Part shown: positions 54,589 to 63,717 of the stretch, in pieces
Position numbering within the stretch: the stretch's first letter is position 1
Layout: each line of letters opens with the position of its first letter
DNA from: Candidatus Adlerbacteria bacterium
Lineage (GTDB): Bacteria; Patescibacteriota; Minisyncoccia; Phycocordibacterales; SBAW01
NCBI GenBank assembly: GCA_903851045.1
Contig: CAINNF010000017.1
Span: 34,353-98,352 of the forward strand
Length of the DNA: 64,000 bases
Direction of reading: 5' to 3'
Notes under the pieces: generated by a model
The model's input: the letters and a program-made list of their open reading frames with translations, nothing else
Told to the model about the DNA's origin: nothing
The model's database searches: none
Made by a program: the position numbers and the translations under genes

Positions 54589-55140
54589 TTATGCGTGTTC
54601 GCGCAAGCGCGGTAAGCCGTTTCGTTCGATATCGGAAAGTATGCCGAGCAGCGATGAAAGGATCACCTCCGGTGTCGGCGGGTCGCCGGGGATGGTGTAG
54701 TCGACCGGGATGACCCCCGACGCGCCGTCGCACACCGCGTACGAACCTTTGAATATACCGCCGTCGATGGCGTCATCGCCGAGCGCGACCACGATCTTGG
54801 GGTCAGGGGTCGCGTTGTAGGACTTTTTGAGCGCTTCGGCCATGTTGCGGCTGACAGGACCGGTCACGATGAGCATGTCTGCATGCCGAGGCGAGGCGAC
54901 GATATGGACACCGAAACGTTCGACGTCATAGTACGCGTTGCCGAGCGCGATCAGCTCTTGTTCGCAGGCGTTGGTGGAACCGGCGGTCACCACCCGGATA
55001 GCCAGCGAGCCGCTAAAAAGGGAGCCGACCTTCTCTCGCAATGCCTCGCCGACCGCAAAAAACTCAGCGTTCTGGGGCTGAGGTGCGAGAAGTGACACGG
55101 ATTGCTGAGCAGATACTATCTTTGAGAAAAGCCTAAGCAT
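54589..55140 (-). CDS. NuoB-like (small-subunit-like) protein with Fe-S ligand cysteines lost
   Basis: YDVERFGVHIVASPRHADMLIVTGPVS and VIPVDYTIPGDPPTPE match the NuoB core, but the GCC, SC and PGC cysteines are replaced (STNAC, DDAIDGG, PGDPP). Confidence 0.75.
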   Translation of the reverse strand: MLRLFSKIVSAQQSVSLLAPQPQNAEFFAVGEALREKVGSLFSGSLAIRVVTAGSTNACEQELIALGNAYYDVERFGVHIVASPRHADMLIVTGPVSRNMAEALKKSYNATPDPKIVVALGDDAIDGGIFKGSYAVCDGASGVIPVDYTIPGDPPTPEVILSSLLGILSDIERNGLPRLREHA

Positions 55141-55343
55141 ACGGGTGTATACGGGCGTCCTATCAGAAATTCATTATGAAATGGATTGGTGAAATCGGCG
55201 TCCTGTGTGTCGCAACTGATGAAGGATACTACAAGCCACGAGCTCAGGCAAGGCGTACTATGAACAGCCTTTCTGGGTAAAAAAAGTCCTACCGAGGGTG
55301 AGTCGGTAGGACCGTAGGGCCGAGCCATTGTTACAGGCGACAG

Positions 55344-55952
55344 TTAGGCGGCGAGTTCTCCGTACAACTCGGGAAGTCGCTCGGGGTGGTGTCTTTGCAT
55401 CCAGGCAAAGAATTTTTGTCGGTTTAGAAAATAGCTTGCGAAGCGTCTTTTGGTCCGATGCCCAAGATAGTCGATGTGTACGAGGCAGCGCGCGTCGCAG
55501 TGGGGTATCTCTTCCCGGAGCCGCTCCTTCGCCTGTACGTGCAGAATAAGAACATCCAACACGCTCAGGTTGTGTTCGTTCGCAATCGCACAAGGGAAGT
55601 GCGCAAAACTCAAGACGTGTGGGGTTTGTTTGAAACCCAGCGCGTTTTCGATGTCCTGCAGGAGTGTTAGGTCGTGATGCAGAGCCACCCCCTTCCGGTG
55701 TGTCCTTGCGAACGGTGAGTCGCGGGCGAGAACCAGTGCGCCACCATGTTTGGTTAATGGATGCACGTTCCTCCCACAGGCACAGGTCGCATGCTCGTAT
55801 CCGTCGCCGAACCGATGCCCGTCTGCGCACAGTACTGCGACTACGATGTCTTGCTTGATCTCGCCGATATCGACATGTTCGAAGACGCCCTCCTCATGAA
55901 GCGACCGAAGCAACTGGTAGTCAGCTCCGGTAATAGTGCTTGGCCCCTGCAT
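55344..55952 (-). CDS. hypothetical His/Cys-rich protein (202 aa) upstream of the complex-I-like cluster
   Basis: Longest ORF in the interval. LCADGHRFGDGYEHATCACGRNVHPL cluster suggests metal binding. No confident family. Confidence 0.35.
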   Translation of the reverse strand: MQGPSTITGADYQLLRSLHEEGVFEHVDIGEIKQDIVVAVLCADGHRFGDGYEHATCACGRNVHPLTKHGGALVLARDSPFARTHRKGVALHHDLTLLQDIENALGFKQTPHVLSFAHFPCAIANEHNLSVLDVLILHVQAKERLREEIPHCDARCLVHIDYLGHRTKRRFASYFLNRQKFFAWMQRHHPERLPELYGELAA

Positions 55953-56063
55953 TCGTTAGCTCCCGCAAGTGAAGTTCCGAAGAACGTATAAACCTAGACC
56001 ACAGTACCACCAAGACTACGCTTGTCAAAAAAGAAAAGTGCACAACTTTGATATACTTCTGGC

Positions 56064-56924
56064 ATGCGGTCTCCTACGGTACCGAAATCTCGACGAAGTA
56101 TCAAGAACGCCTCTGTGCCTATCAAGTACTGGAGTCATTCGTCATTGATGGCGTTTTTGCGCAATCCTTTAGCGTGGTACAAGCGCTACGTCGAGGAGAT
56201 ATACGATACCCCGTCATCTCCTTCGGGTATCGTCGGTCGCGCGGCGCATACGGCACTCCAGCACTATTACGGCGGCATAGACAAGGTGGGCGCAGTCGCT
56301 TTAGGACTCGAATATCTGCGCGGTGTTCCTGATTTCGAGATCAATTTCGGCAAGGCGCGTACGCGTGCGGCGAAGAAGGAGAAACGACTCTCGATGGAGC
56401 GGGAGTATCTGCAAGCGGTCGGTTTTTATCTTGAGCGACCTCCGAAACATGATGTGGTCGGGGTCGAAGTGAAAGGGATGGCGACGGTCAAAGGACTTCC
56501 ACTCCCGCTCAAGGCGGTCTCCGACCTCGTCGTGAAGTCTCGGGTAGAGAAGGGGGCGCTGGATATCGTCGACCACAAGTTCGTCGACACGTTCAGCAAG
56601 AGCGGGGCGGGGAAGTCGCTCTTCGTCATCCAAGCGCTCTTCAACTATTACACCGTGCGCGAAAAGTACGAGAAACCCGTGCGGCGATTCATCGTGATCG
56701 AGTGCAAGAAGTCGAAGAATGCCGACGGGAAGCGCCAGCTGCGTCGGTATACCATCGACTTCAAGGATCATACCGAGGAGTTCGCGCTGTTCCACCGACT
56801 TATCAAAGATGCGACGGCCGAGATAGCTCGTCGTCGCATCTATTTGCCGAACCCATCCGACATGTTCGAAGGGGAGGATTCGTTTGCCGTGTATCGGCTT
56901 CAGTTGGTCGAGACTAATTCGTAG
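56064..56924 (+). CDS. PD-(D/E)xK nuclease superfamily protein
   Basis: N-terminal WSHSSLMAFLRNPLAWYKRYV (SxSxLxxYxxCP-like) and LDIVDHKF ... IECKKS core. 286 aa. Confidence 0.5.
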   Translation: MRSPTVPKSRRSIKNASVPIKYWSHSSLMAFLRNPLAWYKRYVEEIYDTPSSPSGIVGRAAHTALQHYYGGIDKVGAVALGLEYLRGVPDFEINFGKARTRAAKKEKRLSMEREYLQAVGFYLERPPKHDVVGVEVKGMATVKGLPLPLKAVSDLVVKSRVEKGALDIVDHKFVDTFSKSGAGKSLFVIQALFNYYTVREKYEKPVRRFIVIECKKSKNADGKRQLRRYTIDFKDHTEEFALFHRLIKDATAEIARRRIYLPNPSDMFEGEDSFAVYRLQLVETNS

Positions 56925-57663
56925 GCGTAGTGGTCGCTTGCCCTGAGCCTGTCGAAGGGGAGACCGTACCCGCACCGCCTGGAAGCTGGGCGAGTACCGC
57001 GTCTATTGCAGCGCGCATAGAGTCGTATGGTTGGTTACCTTCAAGTGTGACCGCGTCTTTGCCGACCATGATGAGGATGTGCGGTGTCCCTTGGGCACCC
57101 AAAGCAATCGCTTCGTTATAGCTCGCGGTGATCTTCGAGGTGTACTTGCCGCTGCTGAGGCACTGGTTGAACGTATCGACATTGAGTCCGATGTTCTTGG
57201 CGATGACGGGGAGCTGTGCAAGGTCGAGGTTGTTCTCTCCTGGCGTGATCAGGTAGACCTGGTCAAGATATTTGTAGAACGAAGCGTCGCCCCCCTGGTC
57301 AGCCGCGCACTCGGCCGCCTCTGCCTCTTTTGGTGCCTTGGAATGGATCTGGGTGAGCGGGAACGGTCGGTAGACCCAGGCGACCTTGCCCGATGGCCCG
57401 TAGTAGTCCATGACCTGATGCATGGTGGTGTTGAAGGTCTTACAAAACGGACATTCGAGATCGGCATACTCGATGACCTTGACCGGTGCGCTCGGGTCGC
57501 CAAGGATATGGTCGACCGTTGGCTGATACTCGCGTGCAGCGGTCGTTTTTTGCGTTCCGCCCGCAGCACCCGGGTTGTTCGATTTACCGACCAAAAACAC
57601 CGCACCCGCAATAAGTGCACCGGCGACCACTATGGTTATGGGAAGAAGATATTCGCTTTTCAT
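56914..57663 (-). CDS. membrane-anchored DsbA-like thiol:disulfide oxidoreductase
   Basis: N-terminal TM anchor. Thioredoxin-fold active site CPFC. GTPHILI cis-Pro loop region. Confidence 0.75.
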   Translation of the reverse strand: MKSEYLLPITIVVAGALIAGAVFLVGKSNNPGAAGGTQKTTAAREYQPTVDHILGDPSAPVKVIEYADLECPFCKTFNTTMHQVMDYYGPSGKVAWVYRPFPLTQIHSKAPKEAEAAECAADQGGDASFYKYLDQVYLITPGENNLDLAQLPVIAKNIGLNVDTFNQCLSSGKYTSKITASYNEAIALGAQGTPHILIMVGKDAVTLEGNQPYDSMRAAIDAVLAQLPGGAGTVSPSTGSGQATTTPTN

Positions 57664-57872
57664 ATGAGACTATAAAGTTAGTATGCGGATATTGTAGCAT
57701 AGGCGCCACGAGAGCTCTATTGTTGGAAGGATGCATGTCCGTAGCGGTGCTGGTCAAGCCGACGAGTGCAGGGTATTAACAACATGCTTATTGTTGTATT
57801 AGATTTATATCGGAGCCCTGTACGTTGTAAGCGCCTTTACATCCCACCGCTACATATGTGGGTGGAGGTATC

Positions 57873-58451
57873 GTGCACAACCAGGTATCGCTCCACAACC
57901 AACGAAAGGATACTGACGTGACTCAGGATACAGCGAAAGGTACTCAAGCGATTTCCCCCTCCGAGGAGGTTTTCGCCAAGATTTTGGTTGCGGTGATCTT
58001 GGGTAAAGTTCGACCCAATGCCCATCGTGGCGAGCCACCGTTCCTGCAGAAGTTTCGAAGTCTTGCGCTCCAGCTGCGTCGAGAGACCAGTACCGAAGCG
58101 CTCAATGCTTTTTTTGAAGATTGGAGGCCCGCACTCCATGTCTACCTGGACGCGCTTTTCGACGCTCTGACGGGATTTGCCGAGAGTGAAGCGACGGTGG
58201 CAAAACTGTCAGGACTTCCGATACCGCAACGGCTCGTCATCGAACGACTCGTTGCGACTCAGACCGGAAGGGGTGATCGTCATGGTCGTTGGGCTGATGA
58301 GCTCTGGGAGCTCAAAAACTGGCTGATTGCCACGACCGACAGCTCTCCCAGCGGACTGACCCTGGAGCAGGTTCGAGTCGGTTTCGATAGTATTGCACAC
58401 CGCGCGCTTAATCTGTTGCTCGACAATCGCCAGCTGTTGATGGGCTCGTAA
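57873..58451 (+). CDS. hypothetical protein (192 aa)
   Basis: GTG 57873 with GGAGG RBS 4 nt upstream. The track start 57858 lies inside the RBS. A terminator follows. Confidence 0.45.
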   Translation: MHNQVSLHNQRKDTDVTQDTAKGTQAISPSEEVFAKILVAVILGKVRPNAHRGEPPFLQKFRSLALQLRRETSTEALNAFFEDWRPALHVYLDALFDALTGFAESEATVAKLSGLPIPQRLVIERLVATQTGRGDRHGRWADELWELKNWLIATTDSSPSGLTLEQVRVGFDSIAHRALNLLLDNRQLLMGS

Positions 58452-58482
58452 GGGATCATACCTCGCAGCTCTGTGCTGCAAA

Positions 58483-58514
58483 GGCTTCACGACTCGTTCG
58501 TGGAGCCTTTTTTT
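58483..58514 (+). terminator. rho-independent terminator between convergent genes
   Basis: ggcttcacga / tcgtggagcc stem followed by ttttttt. Confidence 0.6.
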
Positions 58515-58521
58515 CTACATT

Positions 58522-59097
58522 CTAGAACGGCAGTGTGTGGGTTATTGCTGGGGCGTCTTCGATGACCTCCCACTTCGACGGATTGAGTTTCACTTCGCGG
58601 ATGCCGTCGAAGTCTTTGTACTTGAGGGATTTATTTTTCTTGGCGTATTCGTAGATGTCTTTGGTGATGCGGACGTCCTCCTCGCAGTACTCGCGTAGTT
58701 TGTCGAGCTCGCCATTTTTGAACCATTCGACCGCTTCGAGGCCGTGACCGATCTTGTTTCGCCCTAGTGTCGCCTCGGCGATGTTGTCGAGCTTGAGTCG
58801 GCGGCCGAGCACGTTCTTGACCTCCTTCAGCAGGTCGACACTTTTTATCTTGGTGAGGTCGCCCGAGTAATATTTGTTGAGGATAGGGATGTCGAAGTGG
58901 TCGGAGTTGTAGCCGATGAGGAGGTCGGCACGCTCCAGGATGCTCCAGAGTTTTGGGAGTTCATCGCGAAAGTAACTCGAGAATTTGCCGGTCTTGGAGT
59001 CGTGGATACTGACGATCGTCAGTTCTTGCGCGTTGAAGTCGAAGCTACCGTTCGCAGATTCGCCCGTCGTCTCTATGTCGAAAACGATACGTCGCAT
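58522..59097 (-). CDS. DEDDy-type 3-prime to 5-prime exonuclease (DnaQ-like fold)
   Basis: Exo I FDIETTG, Exo II YNSDHFDIPIL, Exo III YCEEDV. Stop/start adjacent to hisS (same strand). Confidence 0.7.
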   Translation of the reverse strand: MRRIVFDIETTGESANGSFDFNAQELTIVSIHDSKTGKFSSYFRDELPKLWSILERADLLIGYNSDHFDIPILNKYYSGDLTKIKSVDLLKEVKNVLGRRLKLDNIAEATLGRNKIGHGLEAVEWFKNGELDKLREYCEEDVRITKDIYEYAKKNKSLKYKDFDGIREVKLNPSKWEVIEDAPAITHTLPF

Positions 59098-59099
59098 AG

Positions 59100-60347
59100 C
59101 TAGCGTGTGGTGAAGTACCCTACTAATTCGTCCCGTCGTAGCGACACCTCTTTACCGGTGTCGAGCGAACGCACTTTGAACTCGCCCGAACGCTGTTCAT
59201 CCTCGCCAACGACGATGACGAACGGGATCTTGTGTTTGGTGGCGGCCTTGATCTGGTCGCCGAGCTTCCTGTCGGCAAAGTCCACGGCGGTATTCACTCG
59301 ACCCGTGCGTAGTTCGTGCGCGATCCCGAGTGCAAAGGGGACAAGCTCTGCGTCGGTGACGACGAGATAGACCTTGGTCGGCGGGATGTAGGGCGGCAGG
59401 AGGTCGCGCACAGCGAGGAAGTCGCGAATGGTCACGTCGCCCATGCCGAAGCCAACACCCGAGATGGACTCGTCATCGAAGAGTGCGGTGAGGTTGTCAT
59501 AGCGCCCACCACCAAAAAGCGCACGGTTGTTCTCGGGGTGGGTGTCGTACACCTCGAACACGAGTCCCGTGTAGTAGTTGAAACCGCGCACAATCGACGG
59601 GTCGAAGTGTGCGTTCCCGACACCGACGTCTTCGAGAAGCTGCAACACCTGGGTGACCTCTTCAGGTTCTTCGTTGCCCGAGATACTGCTTAGCGGCACA
59701 CCCAAGACTTCGAGCTTCACTTCGAACTCTTCGGCCGGCATCTTGCCGCGTCGGTCAAGGAGCGCAACAAGTGCGCGCGAACTTTCGGGAGAGAGCCCAT
59801 GTCTGAGCGCGAGCTCATCGAGGAACGCACGGCTGCCGATCTTGATAACGAAGTCGGACGACTTCGCGCCGAACGCGAACATAAGATCGTGCGCGACCAT
59901 CATCAGTTCGGCGTCCGAGGCGAGCGACTTCGACCCAAACAGGTCGACGTTGAGCTGCCAGTGCTCGCGGAGTCGCCCACGCTGGGGGCGCTCATAGCGA
60001 AAGACGTTCGGGATAGAGAACAGTCGTAGTGGGAAGCCGAGTTCGCGGCGACGGCCGGACACCATGCGCGCCACGGTTGGCGTCATCTCGGGGCGCAGCG
60101 TCACCTCTCTGCCACCACGGTCGATGAAGGTGTAGGTCTGTTCGTTGACCATCTCTTCGTTCTCGGCACCTTTGGCTTTGTAGAGCTCCGCTGGCTCCAG
60201 CACCGAGGCATGGTACTCGACATAGCCGAAGCGTTGCACCGCATCGCGGCAGGTCGCCACGAGATAGTTGAAGAACGCTTGGTCCTCTGGATAAAAGTCA
60301 CGGACGCCCTTGTAGGCCTCGGTCGATAGCTTCTCTTTTTTGCTCAT
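59100..60347 (-). CDS. hisS: histidine--tRNA ligase
   Basis: Start re-placed at ATG (complement 60345-60347), MSKKEKLSTEAYKGVRDFYPED. Class II motifs FRYERPQRGRLREHWQ and GGGRYDNL. The track N-terminal extension is spurious. Confidence 0.9.
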   Translation of the reverse strand: MSKKEKLSTEAYKGVRDFYPEDQAFFNYLVATCRDAVQRFGYVEYHASVLEPAELYKAKGAENEEMVNEQTYTFIDRGGREVTLRPEMTPTVARMVSGRRRELGFPLRLFSIPNVFRYERPQRGRLREHWQLNVDLFGSKSLASDAELMMVAHDLMFAFGAKSSDFVIKIGSRAFLDELALRHGLSPESSRALVALLDRRGKMPAEEFEVKLEVLGVPLSSISGNEEPEEVTQVLQLLEDVGVGNAHFDPSIVRGFNYYTGLVFEVYDTHPENNRALFGGGRYDNLTALFDDESISGVGFGMGDVTIRDFLAVRDLLPPYIPPTKVYLVVTDAELVPFALGIAHELRTGRVNTAVDFADRKLGDQIKAATKHKIPFVIVVGEDEQRSGEFKVRSLDTGKEVSLRRDELVGYFTTR

Positions 60348-60384
60348 ATCGCTGTTACAGAGTATTCTAGCAGAAAACAGCTCT

Positions 60385-61191
60385 ATGGACGATATCGAAC
60401 ATGACACACTAACCACACCAAAACGAGCGGGCGACAGAGTGCTCAATTTGTACAAGAACTTGTGCGAGACTCCACGCGAGCGCCTGGAACGTCTGCGCCG
60501 TGAGAAGCCGGAGTACGCGCACGAAGTGCTCTCGTATGCAGGAAGGCTCGACCCGATGGCCGAGGGCGTGCTTTTGGCGCTGGTCGGCTCGGCCAACACC
60601 AATCGTGCCGCGTATCTCGACATGAGCAAAGAGTACGTGCTCGATGTCTTGTTCGGCTTCTCGACCGATACCTACGACATCCTTGGGCGTGTCATGGAGA
60701 CCGGTGACGCGACGCGCATCACGAAGGGTGTGATAGAGAAGAGTCTGAACGAGTTTCGCGGGACGCGGTCGCAGGAGTATCCGCCATACTCGTCCAAGAC
60801 GGTCGACGGCAAGTCGCTTTTCGACTGGGCGCGCTCCAGCATGTTGTCGTCGATCACCATCCCAAGCAAGACGGTGACCGTCTATGATATCGAACTGACG
60901 TCGGTCTATAAGTTGAGCGAGAAGACCTTGTTGAACTATATAGAGAAGAGTGTGGGAGGCGTGCAAGGAGACTTCCGTCAGGACGAGATACTCCAGACCT
61001 GGGCGCGCACGCTTCGCAAGGATGGCGGTCGTGACTTTCCCTGTGCGACCATCAAGTTCTCCTGCTCCTCGGGCGTCTACGCGCGCTCGATAGCGCACGG
61101 CATGGGCCAAGACCTCGGCGTCCCCGCGCTCGCGCTCCACATCCTGCGCACCAAGGTGGGGGAGTACACAGTGGAGAAGAGTTTGAAGTAG
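60385..61191 (+). CDS. truB: tRNA pseudouridine synthase, TruB family
   Basis: GRLDPMAEGVLLALVG catalytic Asp motif and FGFSTDTYDILGRV block. ATG 60385, divergent from hisS. Confidence 0.7.
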   Translation: MDDIEHDTLTTPKRAGDRVLNLYKNLCETPRERLERLRREKPEYAHEVLSYAGRLDPMAEGVLLALVGSANTNRAAYLDMSKEYVLDVLFGFSTDTYDILGRVMETGDATRITKGVIEKSLNEFRGTRSQEYPPYSSKTVDGKSLFDWARSSMLSSITIPSKTVTVYDIELTSVYKLSEKTLLNYIEKSVGGVQGDFRQDEILQTWARTLRKDGGRDFPCATIKFSCSSGVYARSIAHGMGQDLGVPALALHILRTKVGEYTVEKSLK

Positions 61192-61223
61192 ACGAATCTG
61201 TCGGGTCGTTGTACCTTTTCACC

Positions 61224-61754
61224 ATGGCCACTCCGCTGCAGCGACCCAAAGAGGACCAAAATATATGGAACTTTGTGCTATCGCTGTTCTTTGTGCTCGT
61301 GCTTGTGCTCGCCCTGTGGGAGGTCTTCGGCGAACAGCATGCCTTCCCGCACACGGTCCCTGTGTTCGACGCGGTGCTCATGGCGCTCGCGACCTTTCGG
61401 GTGACGCGGCTTATCGTGTATGACAAGATCACGCGCTGGTTCCGTGAACTGTTCGTACACAAGCGAGAGACCAAAAAGGACGACGGCGTGTGGGTCGAGC
61501 TGATACCGTACCGCAGCGGCTTCCTCGCCACCGTCCACGACCTCCTCGGGTGCCCCTGGTGCATCAGCTTCTGGTCGGCGCTCATCATCGCCTTCATCTA
61601 CTTCATATTTCCCTGGGCATGGTTCGTCATTTTCCTCCTTGCGCTCGCTGGTGCCGGCTCGTTCGTCCAACTCGCTGCCAACCTCGTCGGCTGGCAAGCC
61701 GAAAACCTCAAACAAGACTCTCACGAAAAGGAATCCCGCGCCGCGGGAAAATAA
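61224..61754 (+). CDS. membrane protein with CPWC motif (DUF1360-like)
   Basis: ATG 61224. Four TM helices with LLGCPWCISFWSALIIAF. Assignment to DUF1360 is from memory only. Confidence 0.45.
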   Translation: MATPLQRPKEDQNIWNFVLSLFFVLVLVLALWEVFGEQHAFPHTVPVFDAVLMALATFRVTRLIVYDKITRWFRELFVHKRETKKDDGVWVELIPYRSGFLATVHDLLGCPWCISFWSALIIAFIYFIFPWAWFVIFLLALAGAGSFVQLAANLVGWQAENLKQDSHEKESRAAGK

Positions 61755-61818
61755 AAGGTATGGTTTTCTTAAAAAATTGACCCGAGGTACTCGTTGACGT
61801 TCTTTACTTGTATGTGGT

Positions 61819-62403
61819 ATGGTTCTTTCAGTCGTGATGGAGGTTTGTGCTGTGGGAAATGTTGCTGTGTCAGGTCCTATGTGGCGCGAGGAGGACGGTA
61901 TTATCTATCTTTCGGTCACCTCAGATGGGACAACGGGTCCCGACTGGATTGATCGTCTTGAACGCGACGAAAGGTTTGGGCAAAAAGGTTTCGGTCTTTG
62001 TTCCGATGCTGAGAAGCTGATCGGTACTATGGAGTTCGTATCGACGACTGGTGTGGAGATGGAGATTGCAATCCTGAAAGGTTCGCGCCTTGTGCACGGC
62101 AATCGCACCCTGCGGCAGGTCTATGAAGAATCATTTGCTCGGCAGTATGCATCGTTGACCGTTGAAGCCGCCTGCCTTGTTCGTGTTGCGGTTACGGACG
62201 AAGATATTGCGGCCATGGGGTTGCAGGCGGTCGTCGTGATGCACGAGCCAGCCTACGACCAAGACCATCAGTTTCGGTATGTGATCGAAGTGCCACGTGA
62301 GAAAGATGACTTCATCTTGGATGTGTACCCCCACTACCTCGATGAAGAAGTGTCAGAGGATACAGGGTTCGCTTTCTTGGTGCCAAAGGCCCGGTCTGCA
62401 TAA
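61819..62403 (+). CDS. hypothetical protein (194 aa)
   Basis: ATG ORF followed by a terminator. No motif recognised. Confidence 0.45.
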   Translation: MVLSVVMEVCAVGNVAVSGPMWREEDGIIYLSVTSDGTTGPDWIDRLERDERFGQKGFGLCSDAEKLIGTMEFVSTTGVEMEIAILKGSRLVHGNRTLRQVYEESFARQYASLTVEAACLVRVAVTDEDIAAMGLQAVVVMHEPAYDQDHQFRYVIEVPREKDDFILDVYPHYLDEEVSEDTGFAFLVPKARSA

Positions 62404-62431
62404 TCGATCGAAATCTAATGCCGTTGCGTGG

Positions 62432-62464
62432 CCCCGCTCCTCACCGAGCGGGGTTTATCTTTTG
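62432..62464 (+). terminator. rho-independent terminator
   Basis: ccccgctc / gagcgggg stem followed by tttatcttttg. Confidence 0.65.
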
Positions 62465-62589
62465 TAGGACAGGGGCAAGGCACCGTGTTTTTTCTCGCTT
62501 GCGTCCAAGCTATTGAACCATTACGCACCTATGGACAATGTCGCATGTTTGTTATACGGTATTTCAAGATCCCATAGTGAGCACAGGAG

Positions 62590-63159
62590 ATGATCGTGAA
62601 TATCGCGCAGTGGCTACAAGAAGAGCCCCGTGGAGTACGACAGACTCTACGGACGGGTGTGTTCGTATGGCTGAGCATGGTAGTGTTCACTGTTTGTGTG
62701 GCGGGATCGATAAGTGTGATCGCTGTACTGCTTGGCGTCGACACGACGGATGCACTGCGGCACTTCGGTATGTTCCTGGACCCAACCGAAGAACTTCAGT
62801 ATTTCAAGATAACGCCCTCGCTCGACTCGATCGTGCATCTGTCGATCGCTGCGCCACTCGAAGAGCTGCTGTTTCGTGCGCTACCACTGCTGCTCGTGAT
62901 AGTGTTGGTCACCAAGCGCTTGAGCGGTGTCATCACGGTCGCAGTGCTGTCTTCGGGAGTGTTCGGCTGGCTTCACGGAGGATGGGGGTATGTGCCGTTC
63001 TACGGCATGATCGGACTCATACTGTCCGCACTCTTTCTGAAGTGTGGAGGAATGCGAGGTGCCTTCGAGAAGCCTTATCTCGTCGCATCACTAACCCATC
63101 TCGCTATCAACCTGACAAACTTGGCGTATGACGCGCTGCTTCTGATGTTGGTGCGGTGA
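62590..63159 (+). CDS. CPBP-family (CAAX / Abi) intramembrane metalloprotease
   Basis: EELLFRALPL, FGWLHG and HLAINL conserved motifs. The GTG at 62596 has better RBS spacing than ATG 62590. Confidence 0.7.
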   Translation: MIVNIAQWLQEEPRGVRQTLRTGVFVWLSMVVFTVCVAGSISVIAVLLGVDTTDALRHFGMFLDPTEELQYFKITPSLDSIVHLSIAAPLEELLFRALPLLLVIVLVTKRLSGVITVAVLSSGVFGWLHGGWGYVPFYGMIGLILSALFLKCGGMRGAFEKPYLVASLTHLAINLTNLAYDALLLMLVR

Positions 63160-63243
63160 TCGTTATCTCATATACAAGAGGGGACTCGCGACAACAGGGC
63201 GGCGATCAGTAGATGGCCGCCTTTTTCTATATACAAAACATCA

Positions 63244-63693
63244 TTAAAACCGTACTGGTATCTCGATTCGCTTGTCTTTGGTGGGGTCGCCGGAAGGGTT
63301 GTCGTTTTTGAGGATAAGGGTGCCGGTCGTGGTTGTTGGTGTAGTGAAGGTGAGCGTAACGGTAAAGGGTACGAAGTCGGTGGTCGTCCATTCGCCTTGG
63401 GCGGTGATATGGCCGGACGCTACGACGGTGCCGCTCGCATCCAACAAGAAGATAGGCGCTGAACCCTCGAAGTACCATGGGCCGCGCGCTTTGCCGGATA
63501 TGACGAGCGGGGAGCGAACGGTGGTACCTGGGAGTGGCGAGTTGACAACGACCAGGTCTGGCCGTGTCGCGGGTTCTACCGAGGTCGTCTGTTGGTTGGT
63601 CGGAGCTCGAAGCTCGCTTGGTATGCCGACACTAATGAACGCAATGACAATCGCGAAGAGTAGTATGACAAAAGCGATGATTCTTTTGCTCAT
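63244..63693 (-). CDS. secreted Gmad2-type immunoglobulin-like domain protein
   Basis: N-terminal signal anchor. LVISGKARGPWYFEGSAPIFLLDASGTVVASGHITAQGEWTTTDFVPFTVTLTF matches the Gmad2 (GerM-associated Ig-like) domain. Confidence 0.6.
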   Translation of the reverse strand: MSKRIIAFVILLFAIVIAFISVGIPSELRAPTNQQTTSVEPATRPDLVVVNSPLPGTTVRSPLVISGKARGPWYFEGSAPIFLLDASGTVVASGHITAQGEWTTTDFVPFTVTLTFTTPTTTTGTLILKNDNPSGDPTKDKRIEIPVRF

Positions 63694-63717
63694 ATGTGCA
63701 TGGGCGAAGTGACGGTG

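Noticed and set aside
55344-55952. Possible beta-carbonic anhydrase or cytidine-deaminase assignment for the 202-aa His/Cys-rich protein
   Set aside because: The spacing of the Cys/His residues does not fit the CxDxR...HxxC (beta-CA) or HxE...PCxxC (deaminase) layouts. Left as hypothetical.
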